A DNA stretch of 63,869 nt, filler included, from Folioceros fuciformis (taxonomy: Eukaryota), in NCBI GenBank assembly GCA_049999805.1. It is 26 parts of 26 records of this genome, joined end to end, with 100 filler letters (N's around TTAATTAATTAA, not from the genome) between each part and the next. Parts side by side here need not be neighbours in the genome. Positions count along the whole stretch, not along the records: positions 58,561 to 62,637 come from JBNGIO010007102.1; positions 62,738 to 63,869 come from JBNGIO010007105.1; 24 more parts are not named here. One strand, written 5' to 3'. Below, in pieces: positions 62,538-63,869 of this stretch; positions within the stretch are counted from its first letter, which is position 1, and the number at the start of each line of letters is the position of its first letter. Both the position numbers and the translations under genes were made by a program. Below the pieces are notes generated by a model. The model searched no databases, had not been told where the DNA came from, and worked only from the letters and a program-made list of their open reading frames with translations.

Positions 62538-63339
62538 TCGCCGAGCCTTCTCTTTCTCCCTTTGAGGATTCGTGGTGATGGCGCGTGAGGCAGCGAGGGG
62601 TTAGAGTACAGGCCGAGGAGGGCTTGAGACATAAAAGNNNNNNNNNNNNNNNNNNNNNNNNNNNNNNNNNNNNNNNNNNNNTTAATTAATTAANNNNNNN
62701 NNNNNNNNNNNNNNNNNNNNNNNNNNNNNNNNNNNNNCCCAATTGGGATTGGATTTTTGTTTTTGGGTCTGTGCATGTGCCTCGAAGAAAGATGCAAGGT
62801 ACGTTCAGAACTGGATGTTCTCATTCGAGGCACACTGTGCTGCCTTGAGGTATGACAAGGTGCTTGGAAATCATCAACATGCTCGGCTCACCATGGAATA
62901 CCAAACTCATCACCTTACATCCGTGGGGCTCTATTGGATGGGAATATGCGCACATACATGTATTCTATGCCTACCAATCATAACCAATGGAGTAGTGGAC
63001 TGGTAGGACCATGAGGCACCTGAATCTTCCCCATTTGGGTTCCCCTATTGTAGTCACACCAACTAGGTGGCCTAGGGCGGAATGGTGCACTACGGTGGAG
63101 CGGTGTGGCCTAAGGCGGAACGATGGAGCAATATGGTGCGGTGCACTATGGTCGAAGGGTGTGGCCGTATACGCAGGAGTGTTGTAGAGCATAGCCTAAG
63201 ACAGCCAGAGGAGAATGAGCGATGTGATGGTATATTAGAAGAGCAATATAAAAACAGTATGAGTGGTGTACGAGTGGTGTAGAATTGCTTATAGGAATGG
63301 TATACTGGATGAAAATGGTATACCGACATGAAGGAGCAG

Positions 63340-63869
63340 GCAAGTAAGGTTTAGGTTTAGCAATAGGGCAAAGCAAAATGAGTTTCGTGTTTAGTAAAAT
63401 GGCATAGCAGAATGAGATTAGGGTTTAGTGGCATGGCAGAGCAACAAGGGTTTATAGTTTACAAGCATGGCAGCCGCAATATGAATTTAGGGTATGACAG
63501 GGGAAAATGGATGTAGGGTTTAGAGGCATTGTGGAGAAAAATAGGTTTAGGATTTAGCAACATGATGGAGCAGAATAGGTTTAGGGTTTAGCCGCATGGC
63601 AGAGTGGAGTGGGTTTAGGGTGTAGCGACATCGTGGAGAAAAATGGATTAGGGTTTTATCAGCATTATGGACCAAAAATGGGTTTAGGGTTTAGTGACAT
63701 AGCAGAGCTGAATGGGTTTAAAGTTTAGTTACATGATGGAGAAAAGTGGGTTTAGCGTTTTATAAACATTGTGGAGAGAAATGGGTCTAGGATTGAGCGG
63801 CTTAGAGTGGAGCATATTAAAGAATGCATATAGCACTCTTGGAGAAAAGTGGGTTTAGCGTTTTATAAA
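63340..63869. repeat. Degenerate satellite built on plant telomere-like TTTAGGG motifs
   Basis: GGGTTTAG(GGTTTAG) recurs about every 40-45 nt, interleaved with CATGGCAGAG / GTGGAGAAAA. Confidence 0.7.

Noticed and set aside
1372-62693. TTAATTAATTAA recurring 25 times as a possible biological repeat
   Set aside because: Always centred in exactly 44+44 N; an artificial six-frame-stop linker.

Overview
This is not a contiguous locus. It is 26 short contigs (about 1.1-8.1 kb) joined by 25 identical artificial 100-nt spacers (44 N + TTAATTAATTAA + 44 N), so gene neighbourhood means nothing across spacers. Most contigs look like nuclear DNA of a compact seed-free land plant, most plausibly a hornwort. 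That is an inference from short introns, a PLS-PPR with long L-type motifs, a nuclear mitochondrial-type rps19, and a TROL homologue without the FNR-binding tail. Recognisable genes, many partial: LAT/PUT amino-acid/polyamine permease, F-box/LRR protein, TROL/STR4, a TAXIMIN-family peptide missed by the ORF track, EXORDIUM/Phi-1, PLS-E PPR, GA20ox-like 2OG dioxygenase, PII (GLB1), Tim17/22/23-family protein, rps19, malectin-LRR receptor kinase, PYL ABA receptor, MutS2, pGlcT/SGB1-like sugar transporter, U-box protein and an AITR/DIG-like repressor. Other contigs hold decayed copia, gypsy, MULE and Harbinger elements and minisatellites. The most striking anomaly is a 1.47-kb contig (56995-58460) in which I found no CpA or TpG dinucleotide at all, the signature of fungal repeat-induced point mutation. 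A second contig (1428-2920) may be from another eukaryote and has an intron bounded by a 12-bp direct repeat. I found no multi-gene novel system that the sequence can support.
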